A stretch of DNA of 64,000 nt. Origin: Lophium mytilinum (Eukaryota). Numbering within the stretch: position 1 is the stretch's first letter; each line of letters starts with the position of its first letter. The stretch spans positions 930,001 through 994,000 of the forward strand of contig MU004199.1 in assembly GCA_010093605.1 (NCBI GenBank), written 5' to 3'. Shown here in pieces: positions 1 through 12,208 of this stretch. A program made the position numbers and the translations under genes. The notes beneath the pieces were generated by a model. The model searched no databases. It was not told the origin of the DNA and saw only the letters and a list, made by a program, of their open reading frames with translations.

Positions 1-722
1 GACATCGCCTCCGCAGGCGACGGGAAATACTGGTACTTCGATATTTCAGGCTCCACCTACGCTATTACGCCGAAATCGTTCCCAGCCTACCGCCTGGACG
101 GCCATTACTACAACAAGGTCCCATACCTCAGCGTAGCAAGCACTCTGCTGGGCGGGCAGGTATGCACATTGACACGTGGTCGGATGGGTCGTACAAGCTT
201 TGGCAGGACTGCTGTGGTGATGGCTTCACGCTTGCGGCGATGAGCAATAGGAGGACAACGAATGTAACTGAGGGGAATGACGATTCGCACCGGTGGTCGC
301 TGGCGGCGAGTTCGACTACTTCGAGCGTATCGAGCACATTAAGCGCATCGTCCACATCAACTATAACTTCAGCCTCATTAACGTCGTCAAGTGCTCCGAT
401 AATCCCGACTTCAGCATCGCAGACGGCGTTGCCGACCGTAATTCCATCTCCAAGCCAGTCGAGTTCCACGAAAAACGGCGGGCTGTCCGCGGGCGCGAAG
501 GGCGGTATTGGTGCCGGCGTCGGTGTGGGAGCCATCCTATTCATAGTACTAGGCTTTATAGTCTGGAAAAAACGAAAGAGGACAGGCGATGGAAGCCTCG
601 AACTTCCCGAAGCGCATCCACAACCAAGTCATAGTGACCAGTACGAGCATGGGATAGCTGGTGGGCGCGCGAAATTGGAGGCCCCTAAACCAGCTTGGAT
701 GTCTTCATACGGAGGAGGCTGA
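1..722 (+). CDS. Ser/Thr-rich single-pass membrane protein (Mid2/WSC-sensor-like), 5' end outside the window
   Basis: ORF 162-722 has a Ser/Thr-rich stalk, a GLSAGAKGGIGAGVGVGAILFIVLGFIVW transmembrane segment, a KKRKR stop-transfer signal and an ELP motif in the tail. Confidence 0.7.
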   Translation, partial: HRLRRRREILVLRYFRLHLRYYAEIVPSLPPGRPLLQQGPIPQRSKHSAGRAGMHIDTWSDGSYKLWQDCCGDGFTLAAMSNRRTTNVTEGNDDSHRWSLAASSTTSSVSSTLSASSTSTITSASLTSSSAPIIPTSASQTALPTVIPSPSQSSSTKNGGLSAGAKGGIGAGVGVGAILFIVLGFIVWKKRKRTGDGSLELPEAHPQPSHSDQYEHGIAGGRAKLEAPKPAWMSSYGGG

Positions 723-1454
723 GGACTGGGATTGCATACTTCGGGAGATGCTGTTTCGGTGGAGCGCTGAATCCTTGGACGCTTTCAGAGTGCCGTACCC
801 GCAATGCGGGTCGTTTATGGTATCTTTCTGACCTTTAGTTGTGCGGTGCTACGACAATGCGGAGAGAGGAGTCGCGTAGATATTCTAATTGACAGGTGTG
901 CGTAAAACGATTTAGGAGTCTACCCGTAGTTCCGCATGATGAGAATCCAGAACAAATACCGATTTTGCGGCGCTAGACAGGAATTAAACGGACGATCTAG
1001 CTGGGCGTATTAATGCTGTAGTATGTTTGTAAAGACACCTGGTTTCACGAACGTGGGCTTACCCATGCCACAGGTGCCGTCAAGTCTTATCGAAAACGCG
1101 TCCAGCGTTATAAGTCTTGTAAGGGCAACAATGGGCTCCTTACTCGCGAACCTGGGTCTTATAGAAAAAGACAGTACGTGCTAGCGGCATACAACTGAAA
1201 AGGTTGTGGTACTTAAGATCACGTGATACAACCCGCCAAGACATGTGGAGACGAATTGATGGCATGTGACAATTCGAACTTTTTCAGACTTTCACATGTT
1301 GCTCGTAACCACGCGTTCGCTAGGATTGGCATTCGAAGAACATGTCGAGATTCGGAGAGAAATCTGCCCAGTAAATGAGAATCAGATTATATTATTTGTA
1401 CAACAATTGGGAAAGTACAGAACACCAATGCTAATTCGACATGCTTTCAACCGC

Positions 1455-2710
1455 TCACAACTTTGGCTTCGATATGATGAACGAGTTTCCCTTCTGCAGC
1501 CACGAGACGGCATCTCCAACCAGCTCGTCTACGATGGCCTTGGCGCTCTTCTTCTCATTAACAACGGCAGCAGCCTTGCCCATGAGGAACGGACGGGCGT
1601 TGTCCATAGTCTCGTCATCAATATCGTCGCCCATCTTTTCTAGGTCGTGCTCAGCGGGGATGATACCCTTGCCTGTTAGCTCCTTGATTTCCTGCTGCCT
1701 GTTCTCTTCCCAATTCGCGATGTATGGGTTGGTGCGCACTCGGAGCGGCCGGCCGGTGAAAATAATTGTGCGAACGTTGTCATCAAAGCCAGAAGTGCGG
1801 ACGGCTTCTTGGTGGGCTTTCGGGGCGCCAGCCTCCTCTGACAGAATGAAGCGTGTGCCGATCCAAACAGCGGAGGCGCCGAGCATTAGCGCAGCAGCGA
1901 GAGATTGGCCGTTGTAGAGACCGCCAGCAGCGATGATCTGTACCTGGGCACCAGTCATAGGTGACTTATGACCCTTAACGAGCTCGACAACGGCCGGGAT
2001 TAGGACCGTAGTCGGGACATCGCCGGTATGCCCTCCGCCCTCCCCACCCTGGGCGCAGATGATGTCTACACCAACCTCGAGGCACTTCTTGACGTGCTTG
2101 GGGTGTCCGATCATGTTCATGTAGAGGATGCCGGCCTTGTGTAGCTTCTCGACGACGGCCTTGGGTGGAACGCCTACGGCTGAGACGAATAGCTTAGCAC
2201 CGGATTCGATGATGATATCGACGAGCTCATTTAGCTTTCCCTTGGTGTAGTCGTAGCTAATCACATGCAAACGTCAGCTTGGGTTCCTCGAATAGTCATA
2301 TTCTTGCTGAGTGATATAGTAATCACGCGGGTACTAAGGCATTTTGATGCACAGCTGAGGGCTGAGAGATGACAGTGCTTACTTGGTCTTCCGCGCGCTC
2401 CCACCGACTTGAGGGATTAGCAGGTCAACACCAAACGGCGCATTCTTGTCGGTCAAGTAGCTCTTGAGTTCTGCGACTTGCTCCCGTAGCATATCAGGCG
2501 TGTATCCTACACCTCCGATGACACCGAGACCCCCAGCATTTGTGACGGCAGCGGCGAGCTTGGGGCCAGCAGCAACGTTCATGCCAGCAAGGAGGACGGG
2601 GTGGTTGATCTTCAGAAGATCAGTGGCCGTGGTGCGGATTTGCTCTGTGTATTGTTAGAAATGGCCAGGGCGCATGTGACAAAAGACAGTGACGTACGCG
2701 GAGAGGCCAT
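1455..2710 (-). CDS. Nitronate monooxygenase / 2-nitropropane dioxygenase family flavoprotein, 3 exons (2710-2698, 2644-2383, 2256-1455)
   Basis: Spliced protein MASPQQIRTTATDLLKINHPVLLAGM...AVTNAGGLGVIG...QGGEGGGHTG...IIAAGG...GASAVWIGTRF; canonical GT-AG introns. Confidence 0.93.
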
Positions 2711-3266
2711 GGTGGCTGTCGATGGTTTTTGAGGTGAAGAGGGCGTATGGGGCGTGTGTACTTCGATGTGGGTGAGGGTGTGGATCGAAGGACGAGGATG
2801 TTTGTTGTAAGTGCGAGGGTCGGGTCTTATGAATGAAAGGCGGGAGAGTCGAACGGCTCGACGTCTGGCGACTACCCCAGGAATCGAGAAGATACCGAGG
2901 CACCGAAAGAAACCGGGTTTAACTGTGTGGGGCATAGTGTGGACACTTTGCCTCCTCCATCTAGCTGCATCTCCGTGAGCATCTGCTTATGCTGGGAGTG
3001 CGTCCGCTGATTCCGCGTAGAGAGGCGACATGCGCCAGAGTGAACAGCATCGCTATCTTATGACAGGCCGATATCTTCAGAGCTGCTTGACTAACTCCAG
3101 CAAATGAGGTCCAGCATTGACCATTCAACGAGGGTCCGCTTAAACTGCTATTGGACCCTGCGCTAGTCCTCGGAGCAGCCGGCGCAATGAAGAATTTATT
3201 CACCTAACTACCAACATCAACAAAATGTCGATATAGGAGGCTAATGTTGCACAATACGTTGCCTCC

Positions 3267-5362
3267 ATGAAGATTTCCACGAGAGCGTATAGAGCCTCCA
3301 AAAGAGTGCTCTCGCCAAGCTTCCGGAATCCGACCCCCGCCGCATCACAGTCGATTCGGAGTCCGTATCTGTCTGTCGGGGGTGTCTCAACCTCTTCACT
3401 TCAACCTCGTTCACCAAAGCGAAACTTATATAATATGGCCCCAGTCACCTTCACACAGTCCTTCGTGCGTCGTTTCCACGATGGCCCTCGTGAGAAACAC
3501 CGCGCCTTTGTCGCCCTTGGGAGTAATCTCGGAGACAGGGTTCGATGGATCGAAGAGGCATGCAATGCCATGGAATCAGGGGGTGATCTTAAGGGTGAGA
3601 TGGGACGCGACATCCGGATCCTACGAACCAGCAGCCTTTGGCAAACGTCTGCCATGTACGTTCTAGATCAGGGGGACTTCCTTAACGGCGTATGCGAGGT
3701 AAGAAATCTCATGTCTCAATCATACTCTCGGTGTCGTCCCGATTTCGTATCGCTTGCCACTGTCTGTGGTGTCCCATAATACCTTCACGCCTCAGGACAA
3801 GATGTCAATTCAGAATTTCTCATCGTTTGCCGCTGTCTGGGGTACCTCAACAAGTCTCAAAATACAAAGACGATATCTCAATTCTGTACATTCTAATCCA
3901 GACTAATGTCGTCTAAAATCTCATGAACGGCTGGTAACTTTACTGTACCACCTCAGACAGGGTCGTCGACCGGTCCGAACAAGCATGCACAAATAGTGAT
4001 TTATCATCGACATCTTGCGTGTCTTGAAACACACTCAAAATTGTTCTAAGATTTTGTACAGATCGAAACCCTCTTGAGCCCTATAGAATTACTCGACAGG
4101 CTTCAAGCAATCGAGAACCAGCTCGGCCGCGTGAAGCTGATTGATAAGGGCCCTCGAAACATAGACCTTGACATCCTTCTCTACGATCAGACAGTCTTCC
4201 TCAACGAACGGCTACAAATACCGCACAAGCTGATGCTAGAGCGCGAATTTGTCCTACGCCCTCTTTCCGAGTAAGTTGAGCCCTACGCGATACCCCTGCA
4301 CGTCTACCATCTATATCCGCTCTATGTGTCTGCCTCCAACGTCTATCATTAATGTCAATGCTGTACGCTAAACATCCCAGATTAATCCCCAGCGAATCTC
4401 TTTCCACAGCACCAACAACCACCATAAGCACCGCCCTAACCCAACTACCCCTTGGAGACGCCCCTATGACCTCCTACACCCCCCTCTCCCTCCACTCCCA
4501 CCAACTCCCTCCCATAACCCCCCAACACACCCACCGCAAAACCCACATCATGTCCATCCTCAACGTAACCCCCGACTCCTTCTCCGACGGCGGCCTCCAC
4601 TCGCCCCACGACACCCTCCACCTCTCCAAAACCGCCGCCGCCCACATCGCCTCCGGCGCCACCCTCCTCGACATCGGCGGCCAGTCCACCCGGCCCGGTG
4701 CGCCCCAAGTCTCCTCCAAAGAAGAACTCGCCCGCGTCCTCCCCGCCATCCGCGCCATCCGCGCCCTCCCATCCGCCGCGAACATTGCTATCAGCGTCGA
4801 CACCTACCGCGCCGATGTCGCCGAAGAAGCTGTGCGCGCCGGCGCGGATATCGTCAACGACGTCAGCGCCGGCGCAATGGACCCGGATATGCTCGCGACG
4901 GTCGCGCGGCTGGGGTGCACGGTGTGCCTAATGCATATGCGCGGCACGCCAGCGACGATGAACAACCACGCTTCTTACCCCCTCGGCGTCGTTCCAACAG
5001 TGGCGGAAGAGCTGCTCGAGCGCGTGCGCGCCGCTGAAGCTGCGGGAATACGCCGGTGGCGGATCATTCTCGACCCTGGGATCGGGTTCGCGAAGACGCA
5101 GGAGCACAATCTAGAGCTGCTGCGTAATCTGGAGCAATTGAGGAAGTATCCGGGGCTTGAGGCGTTTCCGTGGCTGGTGGGGACGAGCCGGAAGGCGTTT
5201 GTAGGGAGGATTACGGGGGTGACGGAGGCGCGGGAGCGGACGTGGGGGACGGCGGCGGCGGTGAGTGCAGCGGTGGCGGGGGGTGCGGATATTGTGCGGG
5301 TGCATGATGTGGATGAGATGGGGAAGGTGGTGGCGATGGCGGATGCGGTGTGGAGGGTTTGA
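3267..5362 (+). CDS. FOL1: Folate synthesis protein, HPPK-DHPS fusion, 3 exons (3267-3698, 4062-4270, 4381-5362)
   Basis: HPPK motifs ALGSNLGDR, FLNGVCE and GPRNIDLDIL; DHPS motifs ILNVTPDSFSDGG, DIGGQSTRPG, LDPGIGFAK, GTSRK and IVRVHDV; Arg/Ser-rich N-terminus resembling a mitochondrial presequence. Confidence 0.95.
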
Positions 5363-6231
5363 TGGGGTGAAGAAGGGAAGTGGAGAATTAGGGCTGTGGA
5401 GCATAGTCTCATGGTCTTTGTATTCTGTATACCGAATTGTGGTTGTCCGGGGGTATTAGTCTACCTTCAGAAATGCAGTCGACGTCGAATTATGGTATCT
5501 GGTATGTACGGTCGGTCGACCAGCTGGCCTACCTTACCCGGCGGTTGGCCGGCTGTTTTACGCGGTGGTGGTTGCAGTTCTCCAAAGACAGCGAGAGCAT
5601 TACAGGTAGAATATAATTGGCAGCAGGAGGGCGTGGGAGACACGCGTTTTGCGCTCTACGAATACATGCCAACACGCCTCCACCATTAGGGCGGCCGAGT
5701 CTTTAACCCTTTACGCAGACACCCATTTATTCAGGGCCGATCCCAGGCTCTAGGTCATTAGTAGGAAATTATCGATAAGTTGGATAGAAAAAGACAAGGA
5801 TAACCTATAGGAGAGACATACGTCAGGGAAACCCCTACCCAAAACTCGGAACTAGCCCTTGTAGCGATGAATGCAGAAAGCTAGTGGCACTTAATAGTTG
5901 CGTTAAGCGACCCGTTATAGAAGGCGGGTAGATCAGGATATTTAGAAGTATAAATTAGTAGAAGGTCGAAGCTAGCGTATATAAGGCTGACGGTGTACAC
6001 CAAAAATATTGCATTGATACTACCAAATACTATAAAAGCCGAAAGGGTTTGCTGTCATGACTACCCGTAGTCCGACCGGGTAGAGATTTGTCTGGATATA
6101 CCATTTCGGGATCGACCAAGAGGTGATAAACCGAGATACTCGTATAAACCTAAAGAACAAATTGAGATACTTCGTCGCCGTTACTACCACCGGACCGGTA
6201 CCCTAGCGCGGCAACGTCGCCATAGCTCTAG

Positions 6232-8249
6232 CTAGTGACTGGTATGGTTATGTTGAAACCGCACCCTCCTAAGAGCAGCATCATCATGACCATCTGGGCA
6301 GTCGTGCCGGTGACAATGCTGAAGGGCGGCAACATTAGTGCAAGTGGGCCGCAGATGGCAGTCTTCGGATGTCTTGCAGGCATCGCTGTGCGGGAAATTC
6401 TGTCGATTGGACACGATCAGCAGTGTGCTTGGGATGAATGACGATGTAAACATACTAGGCAGATCTTTGGCTTTTCGCAGCCGGCCATTCTGCAAGGATG
6501 GCCCGAGAGACTACATGGGCAGTAGTCTTCTAACTGGTGTTGCGTTGTATTCGGTCTCGGCGGGGACATGTCCACCGTAATCTTGTCTTGGATGCTAGTC
6601 GTTGTTCGACGTGAAGGCTTTCTACAGGAGTCCCTACCACCATCAAATGGATTAGCACACGTCACCAACCATAGGGACTTCGGGTTAGACTCACTGCCCA
6701 CTTTTGCTCTGACGAGCCCGTTTGATGCCTACGCGATTGTCTCCCTCAAAGTCGCTCTCGGTTTCATCAGCAGTATCTGCGCTTTCGTCGTCGTCAGAGG
6801 TTGAGCGCGTTACTCTATGCCTGTCCCTATCTCGTTTACGCGTAGCTGTTTTGCAGTCTACTAAGAGAGGTCAGAGTTTGCTTCGTTTGGAAAAGACCAT
6901 GAAGTGGAACTTACTCTTGTACGCTTCTCTACCACGCTGCCTAATTCCTTCCACCTCTCTGTCGGTCAGCTCACGCTGACTACAGAGAGACAAGACTCGC
7001 TCAGCAGGAGACGGCAGACCACGAGTTGAGTACGTTACGCAGTCGGTAATCGCGTCCCATTCTTCCGGATGAGACTGTTTGAGATGTTTTCCAAATCCAT
7101 TCAAACCTTTGAACTCGGTCGCCTGGTTCGCCCTGTAGTTGACGCTATTGATCCCACAACCGTTGACATTGCATCTCAATTCGACGTATTTCGTATTCGG
7201 GAGCTTGATGATGGTTGGGAACAGTCTCAACACGATATCATCCGTGGAAGTCTGCATCGTATTGATGCCACTGTTACCGTTGGTGGCATTGTAGTTAGGA
7301 GCGGTCTGATCGACAGTACTCCCCGCGATCTTACGCATGGTTAGAGCGCCAGGCAGCCCCAGTCGAAGGGCGTCGATTTCGTCAGTGGATAAACGACGTA
7401 CTATCTTACAGTGAGCAACGACTTGGTCGTCTGCAAGGGTTGGTATCTGATGAAATCGGCTAAGATGGCGTTTGAAGCCGTTCAGACTTTTGTAGTAGTC
7501 GTTCTTGCCGTGATAGTTCACACCACAAATACCGCATTGCAATTCAACCCAGCTTCCGTCATCTAGCCGGGTGACGTGGGAGTAGTCGATCAGGTACGTA
7601 GTCCCGTGTTCAGTTCTGATGCCTGTGGTATCGTCGTGCCCTATGATTTCGGATGGGTTTGGTGCTTCCAACCCGGGGTTGTCATCAGAACCATCAAAGT
7701 CATCCTCGGATCCGGGATCAGCCATCCTACGAGAGCTTGTAGGATTGACATTGCAGGCAGCTCTCGAAGGGGCAGCTTGATTAACGACAGGGAGTGTCAA
7801 CTCGGCCTGATCGCGCTGAAGAGGTGGCGTCGCAAAATTTTGCCGATGCGGGACTTGAGATTTGCGGAGTGCGCGCTCTCGCTTTTTGAGGACCTAAAAC
7901 CACAATCAAGGTTAGTGAAGAGACGGAAGGGCTCGTTCATAAAGTGACTGACAAAAATCTGTCTCCCAATGTCCTGGAAAAAGGTCAGCAATTCATACTG
8001 AACTCAACACGTCAGAGCCGGGATGAGACCCACAAGCTTCCTCTCTTCGATCTTCTCCAATTCATCCTCAAGTTCTGTATCCCGACGGATTAAGTCTGCT
8101 TCTCGTTTCTGGAGCTTCTTGAGCCTCGCAGATATCCGTTCGGTATGCCCTCGTATCTTATGCAGCGCTGTTGACTTCTGCTCGAGAGAATCACTCAATT
8201 CGGCGAGTTGGCTGCGCAATGTATCATATTGGGTAATAGGGTCTTCCAT
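6232..8249 (-). CDS. Uncharacterised coiled-coil / double zinc-module / CCCH-like protein, family copy A (~575 aa; exons 8249-8034, 7973-7953, 7893-6915, 6860-6695, 6633-6456, 6399-6232)
   Basis: Six exons joined by GT-AG introns give one open frame of 1728 nt; domains and intron positions are shared with copies B and C. Confidence 0.8.
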
Positions 8250-9286
8250 TTTGTAATAAGGAGGGTTTGAATGAAAATTGCAGGGAGATGGAGGACGGGG
8301 AAGCCAGAATCTCTAGAGTCCAAGTCCGGAGAACGGCCAGCATACCTATCTACGCGCTAGCTGTTTAGAAGTGACGTGTAACATTTAGATGAGTTACCGC
8401 TCAGCTGCATAATGGACCCATATTTCATCTGCGCCTCCCGTAGATATGCACTCACCCAGTCGCTGATCCCTAGCTGCTGCTCATGTGTCACTAGAGTCTT
8501 CAAGCCAGTGGAAGGCTGACTTCAACTACATATTGGGCTCGGGCGTCTACGCTTTCACTACCGTGGAGTGTCGGAATTCATCGGCTGGTCAGCAAGATGC
8601 CCAATTAGAAAAGGATGTACGCAGCCTCTAGACGTATCTCTTCGTTATCGTTGCGAGTAGGTATGGTGGCAGGATGGCTTTGGTTCCTAAGAAAGGGCTG
8701 ATTTGGACCAATGGGCTCGAGCTCACGGACTTCCGCCCGTGTTTCCCATTAAACCGCCTGCAGACTGACCATAGGATGCGTCTAAGGGCTGTTGGTTGTT
8801 GCCTACGTACAGCGACAGCCCGTCAGGTGTGTACCTTGTTGGCTTTCCTGTGTAACAAACGCGTTACATAGTGCAGGAAGCGGATTACGCCACCCAACTT
8901 CCACATAGGCGTTTCCAAGGACTAGACGCGATCAAGCAACAGGATCCCGGATAACCGACCACGCTTCGTGCACCGATATCTTAAAGGCAGTATCATTTAA
9001 CAGTCAAATCGCGGTCTCTAGAAGCCCATTCCAAGAGAGGAAGTTTTCTGATTGCAGGTTGCCTATAGAACCTTACCACCCCGTTGTCTCAAACAACTTG
9101 TTTCGGCACCGTGTAAGACCATCAGGATCAAACTAGCCCAAGGATTTAGAGATCCCAAACAGTTCGACAACTTGCGCGACAACGCCGCTACAACTACCCC
9201 GTATCCAACCCAATCCAGTGGGTCCAAATCTCAAGACATCTCCGCTGCACAATTCTTCCCAGTCATAGACGCCTAGAATGCGCGCG

Positions 9287-11218
9287 CTAATGCTGATTGC
9301 ATACGTGCCCACGGAAAAGTGCTTGTCGAGCCTCAATGTCATCATGGCCGTAAAAGCAATAGCCGTTATCGTAGGCCGCACAGTTTGTGCTAAAGACCAT
9401 CGACAAGCAGGTCGGGCGGGCGACGTGGTCGTGGGTAGCGCACTGGTTATCGTGTGTATCAAGCTATTGAGATGGGTAGTTAGATAGGACGTTCGGTGTT
9501 TGATTGGATTTGCGACTTACAGTGCACACCTTGATGCCCATGCAGTTGCCGCCGCATGGATGTCCAGAAATGGTGCAAGGACAGTACAACATGAACGGAT
9601 CAAATTGATCAATGTCGAAGCTTGGCATCTCGAAAGTTTGGACCTCGTCGATGTCTTGAGGGATGCTAGGATCAGGGGTCTGAACGTCCGAGCCATGCTC
9701 GGGCATGCTGCGACGAAGTCGCTTTGACTGGCGACGAGTTTGCGATGAGCCAATCATAGTGCCCGTGCTTCCATCACCCGCATCAACGGCCGCCTTGCCG
9801 TCGCCAGAGCCATTAGTTCCCATTTCCACATCCTCAGAGGGCTCCTGAGCTTTGCTGAGTTTATCAGGGTCCTCGAAGTACTTGACTATGTAATCGTTAG
9901 CCTGTGGTCACAACCAATTCTCGGGGCGAACGTCATGCATACCTTTGTACCCTTCCGCGCCTTCGACTTTGAGCCTTTCCACCTCTTCCTGCGTGAGCTT
10001 CCGATACGTGCACATCTGGATGGCCCATTCGTTCCTGGTCAGAATCGGATCCTCGAGATCCTGGTAATACTGGCTATGGGTGTTTCGGAGATGCGCAATG
10101 AAACCTTCTACGCCCTTGTAGAATCTGAGGCTGGCAGAACCATAGCAGTTCGCGCCGCATAGACAGCAGCGCAGTTCGATCATCGACCCGTCGGAGAATC
10201 TGACAATCGTTGGTAGCCCATCAACTATGCCTAGTAGCTTGACTGGCGTGTCAGCTTCCTCCACCTCCTTTGCTTCGATCTTGTCGGTAGTCTTGCTCCG
10301 AATCTTCTCGATAGCCACGGCGCCGGGAAGGCCGTGGCAAAGTGCGCGTATCTCCATGGGAGACAACTGGCGGATAGCACATAGACGGACTACCTCATCG
10401 TCGGGAGTTATGCCCTTTCCGTCTGTTTCGGAGATGTCTGCGACCTTCACGTCATGGCAGTGCGCCAAATGCTTCCTCATGCCTAGGGTGCCGTTGATAT
10501 AGCTTCCGGTTCGAACAGTCGTGATCGTGTTACCACCACATATATAACATCTCAATTCGTACCAGATGCCCTTAGCATAGACAACGATGCCGCACGCCTT
10601 GAGGTAGGCTCCATTCTGGCTGCGGGTGACGAATTGAATGTCCACGGGGAATTCGCTTTGCTTGTCACTCATTGACTTCTTACGAGTCGGCTTGTCCGGA
10701 CTAGTCGGTGGCGTGAAGCCTGCAAATCCGCCATAGTTCCCGTCCTGTTGGCGGCCATGTTGAACTATGCTGGAGCCGTACAAGGGTGTCGAGTGCACAG
10801 TCAAAGACAAATGCCGGCCCTCTCGAAGCTGCTTACGCAGTTCCTAGAAACGAAACACCGTCAGAATTGAAGCGCGAAAGACAATGACGCTGACGACAGA
10901 GCGCAAATCAGACTAGCTGTCCCATGCGTTTGCACGCCCTCATCACCCTCTAAGCCTCCCCAGACGGTGGCGTCGAAGAAGCAATAAGAGAGCCACAGAG
11001 CAGCGATCTGACCTCCATTGGAGCCACTGATCCATATGGCGCTGTGAATTGGGGCGGGTGTGACTTACGAATTCCCGCAATGACAGCTGCTCTAGCTCAT
11101 CCTCGATGAGCGATTGCTTCTGAAAAGTCTCTTGTCGCAGTGCTTCCAACTCGGCCATCTTCTCCTGCTTAATGCCAAGGACATTGGAAAGCTCCTGCTG
11201 TACCCACGTTGAATCCAT
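9287..11218 (-). CDS. Family copy B (~530 aa; exons 11218-11069, 10843-9943, 9885-9521, 9463-9287)
   Basis: Four exons give an open 1593-nt frame: coiled coil, two ELRCxxCGxN modules, CPCTISGHPC, and last exon LDTHDNQC...RPTCLSMVFSTNCAAYDNGYCFYGHDD (absent from the ORF track). Confidence 0.8.
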
Positions 11219-12208
11219 GATCGTTGTCTGAGGTCGCGAGCGACTCGTAGGCGAGGTGGTGTAGGAGTAAAGAAGGACAAGAAGCAGAAGAAGTACATAA
11301 AGGTCACCGAAAGGGTGAAGTGAACTAGCGCCACTTAGTGCAATAAGTGTGCCCGTAATGGCGTGATAAGCGAAGACGGTAGAGAGGTGAAGAATTTCAC
11401 TTGGACTGAACGGTCACCCATAGGAGGTGAAGATGAATGATCGGAAAGGAACAACTTAGCTGCCGACCTACCTATGTAGGCACGCTGGGCATGGAAAAAG
11501 TGGCACACTCAGCAAGCATCCTGCCGTCTGTGGTTGTGTGTACACCTGTCTGCCACTGCTTGGAGTGCTTCAGCAGGTTTTCACATAGCCCAAAGCGAAG
11601 GAGATTTTATCTCTTTCACAGTCTGAAAGTGCATTGAAGCACCACAAGCAGCGGCAGACAGGCGTAGAACCATGTAAGGCGGAATTGTGCTCAGCGTGGT
11701 AGGCAAATCTTCTGGAGTCATGCAAGTCATGCGGATGGAAAATTGATAGAGAATGAACGAAAGAATGAGTTTAGTTGTCCGAACTCTCACGTCCTTACGG
11801 ATCTCCCGTTCGGACTATCATATTTCACTCCACCGTCAAGCCATTAAAATACTAATATAGCTCTACCTCGAAGGAAAACAAGCGCCGTTGAGGGCGCTGA
11901 AACTGGGTATCTCGAAAAGATTGCCTTTTAATTCCTTCTCCTGTCCACGTACTTCGTTTCTATCATACCTTCATCATGAGCCGTCAAGGTTGAATAGACG
12001 CCTGCCAATGCAATATGTGAGAAATCACAACTTTTACCCCTTCTGGTTGACGAAGGGGTCCCGGTGTTGAATGCAACCGTTTCAGAGGGTCGCCGCCCTC
12101 TAAGATGCTAAGAAGTGGAAACGAGATCCTACAAACGCCGTATAAGGTGGGCTAATAGAGGTATTGAATGTTTTGAAAAGAAACCGGAAAAATGTTTTTT
12201 ATGCGGTG

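Noticed and set aside
3699..4061. Long (363-nt) FOL1 intron as a possible snoRNA host
   Set aside because: No C box (RTGATGA) with a matching D box or convincing H/ACA structure seen
5990..6060. YYKSRKGLL resembling YYKSLNGF of copy A, as a possible fifth family member
   Set aside because: No ELxCxxC or HLxxxH around it; likely chance
6232..11218. Copies A and B as Spok-type meiotic drivers or as transposases
   Set aside because: No nuclease, kinase or DDE motifs recognised, no TIRs or TSDs, and conserved spliceosomal introns
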